Positions 63,873 to 64,000 of a stretch of 64,000 nucleotides of DNA are shown here, one piece after another. Both the position numbers and the translations under genes were made by a program. The stretch spans positions 21,390,001 through 21,454,000 of the forward strand of contig NC_086108.1 in assembly GCF_963921235.1 (NCBI RefSeq). The letters run 5' to 3'. The notes under the pieces were generated by a model. That model worked only from the letters and a program-made list of their open reading frames with translations. It was not told the origin of the DNA and did not search any database. Positions within the stretch are counted from its first letter, which is position 1, and every line of letters begins with the position of its first letter. The stretch comes from Mobula hypostoma (taxonomy: Eukaryota).

Positions 63873-64000
63873 TGTGACGAAAGAGGGTTACAAAAAGTAC
63901 ACATAGACTAAGATGTTAACTGTCCTGTGCTGGCACCAGTGGGATCAGCAGTTGATCTGCCACCTGTCTTCAGGAGAAAGAGAGATAAGGAAGACAATGG
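63873..64000 (+). mobile_element. Probable start of an LTR, running off the window
   Basis: TGTGACG start preceded by a short purine tract AAAGGGG; the other end is not visible. Confidence 0.4.

Overview
Vertebrate nuclear DNA, most likely a cartilaginous fish (ray/skate-like repeat landscape; this is inference). The window is almost entirely intronic. The only host exon I can support is an 85-nt minus-strand exon (36382-36466) encoding [28 protein letters not shown], part of the conserved luminal region of ATF6. The rest is a dense, nested pile of transposable elements: several CR1 families, L1, Rex1/Babar, Penelope-like elements, RTE-derived non-autonomous elements, a tRNA-SINE, Tc1, Tigger, hAT and PIF/Harbinger elements, and the start of a probable LTR. 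Highlights: (1) a TSD-flanked non-coding RTE-type element whose 5' end folds by hand into a complete HDV-like ribozyme with an unusual hairpin inserted in loop L3; (2) palindromic Penelope-derived mini-elements carrying decayed minimal hammerhead motifs, one starting at the predicted cleavage site; (3) a ~3-kb inversion between inverted CR1 tails, shown by an L1 and a Penelope element each split across strands and an 18-bp TSD now in inverted orientation; (4) two distant CR1 copies sharing the same inactivating lesions; (5) telomeric repeats replacing deleted CR1 sequence; (6) mosaic DNA elements sharing a module across three superfamilies. No prokaryotic features, CRISPR, rRNA or tRNA genes were seen. 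Family assignments come from motif recognition by eye and need confirming by database search.
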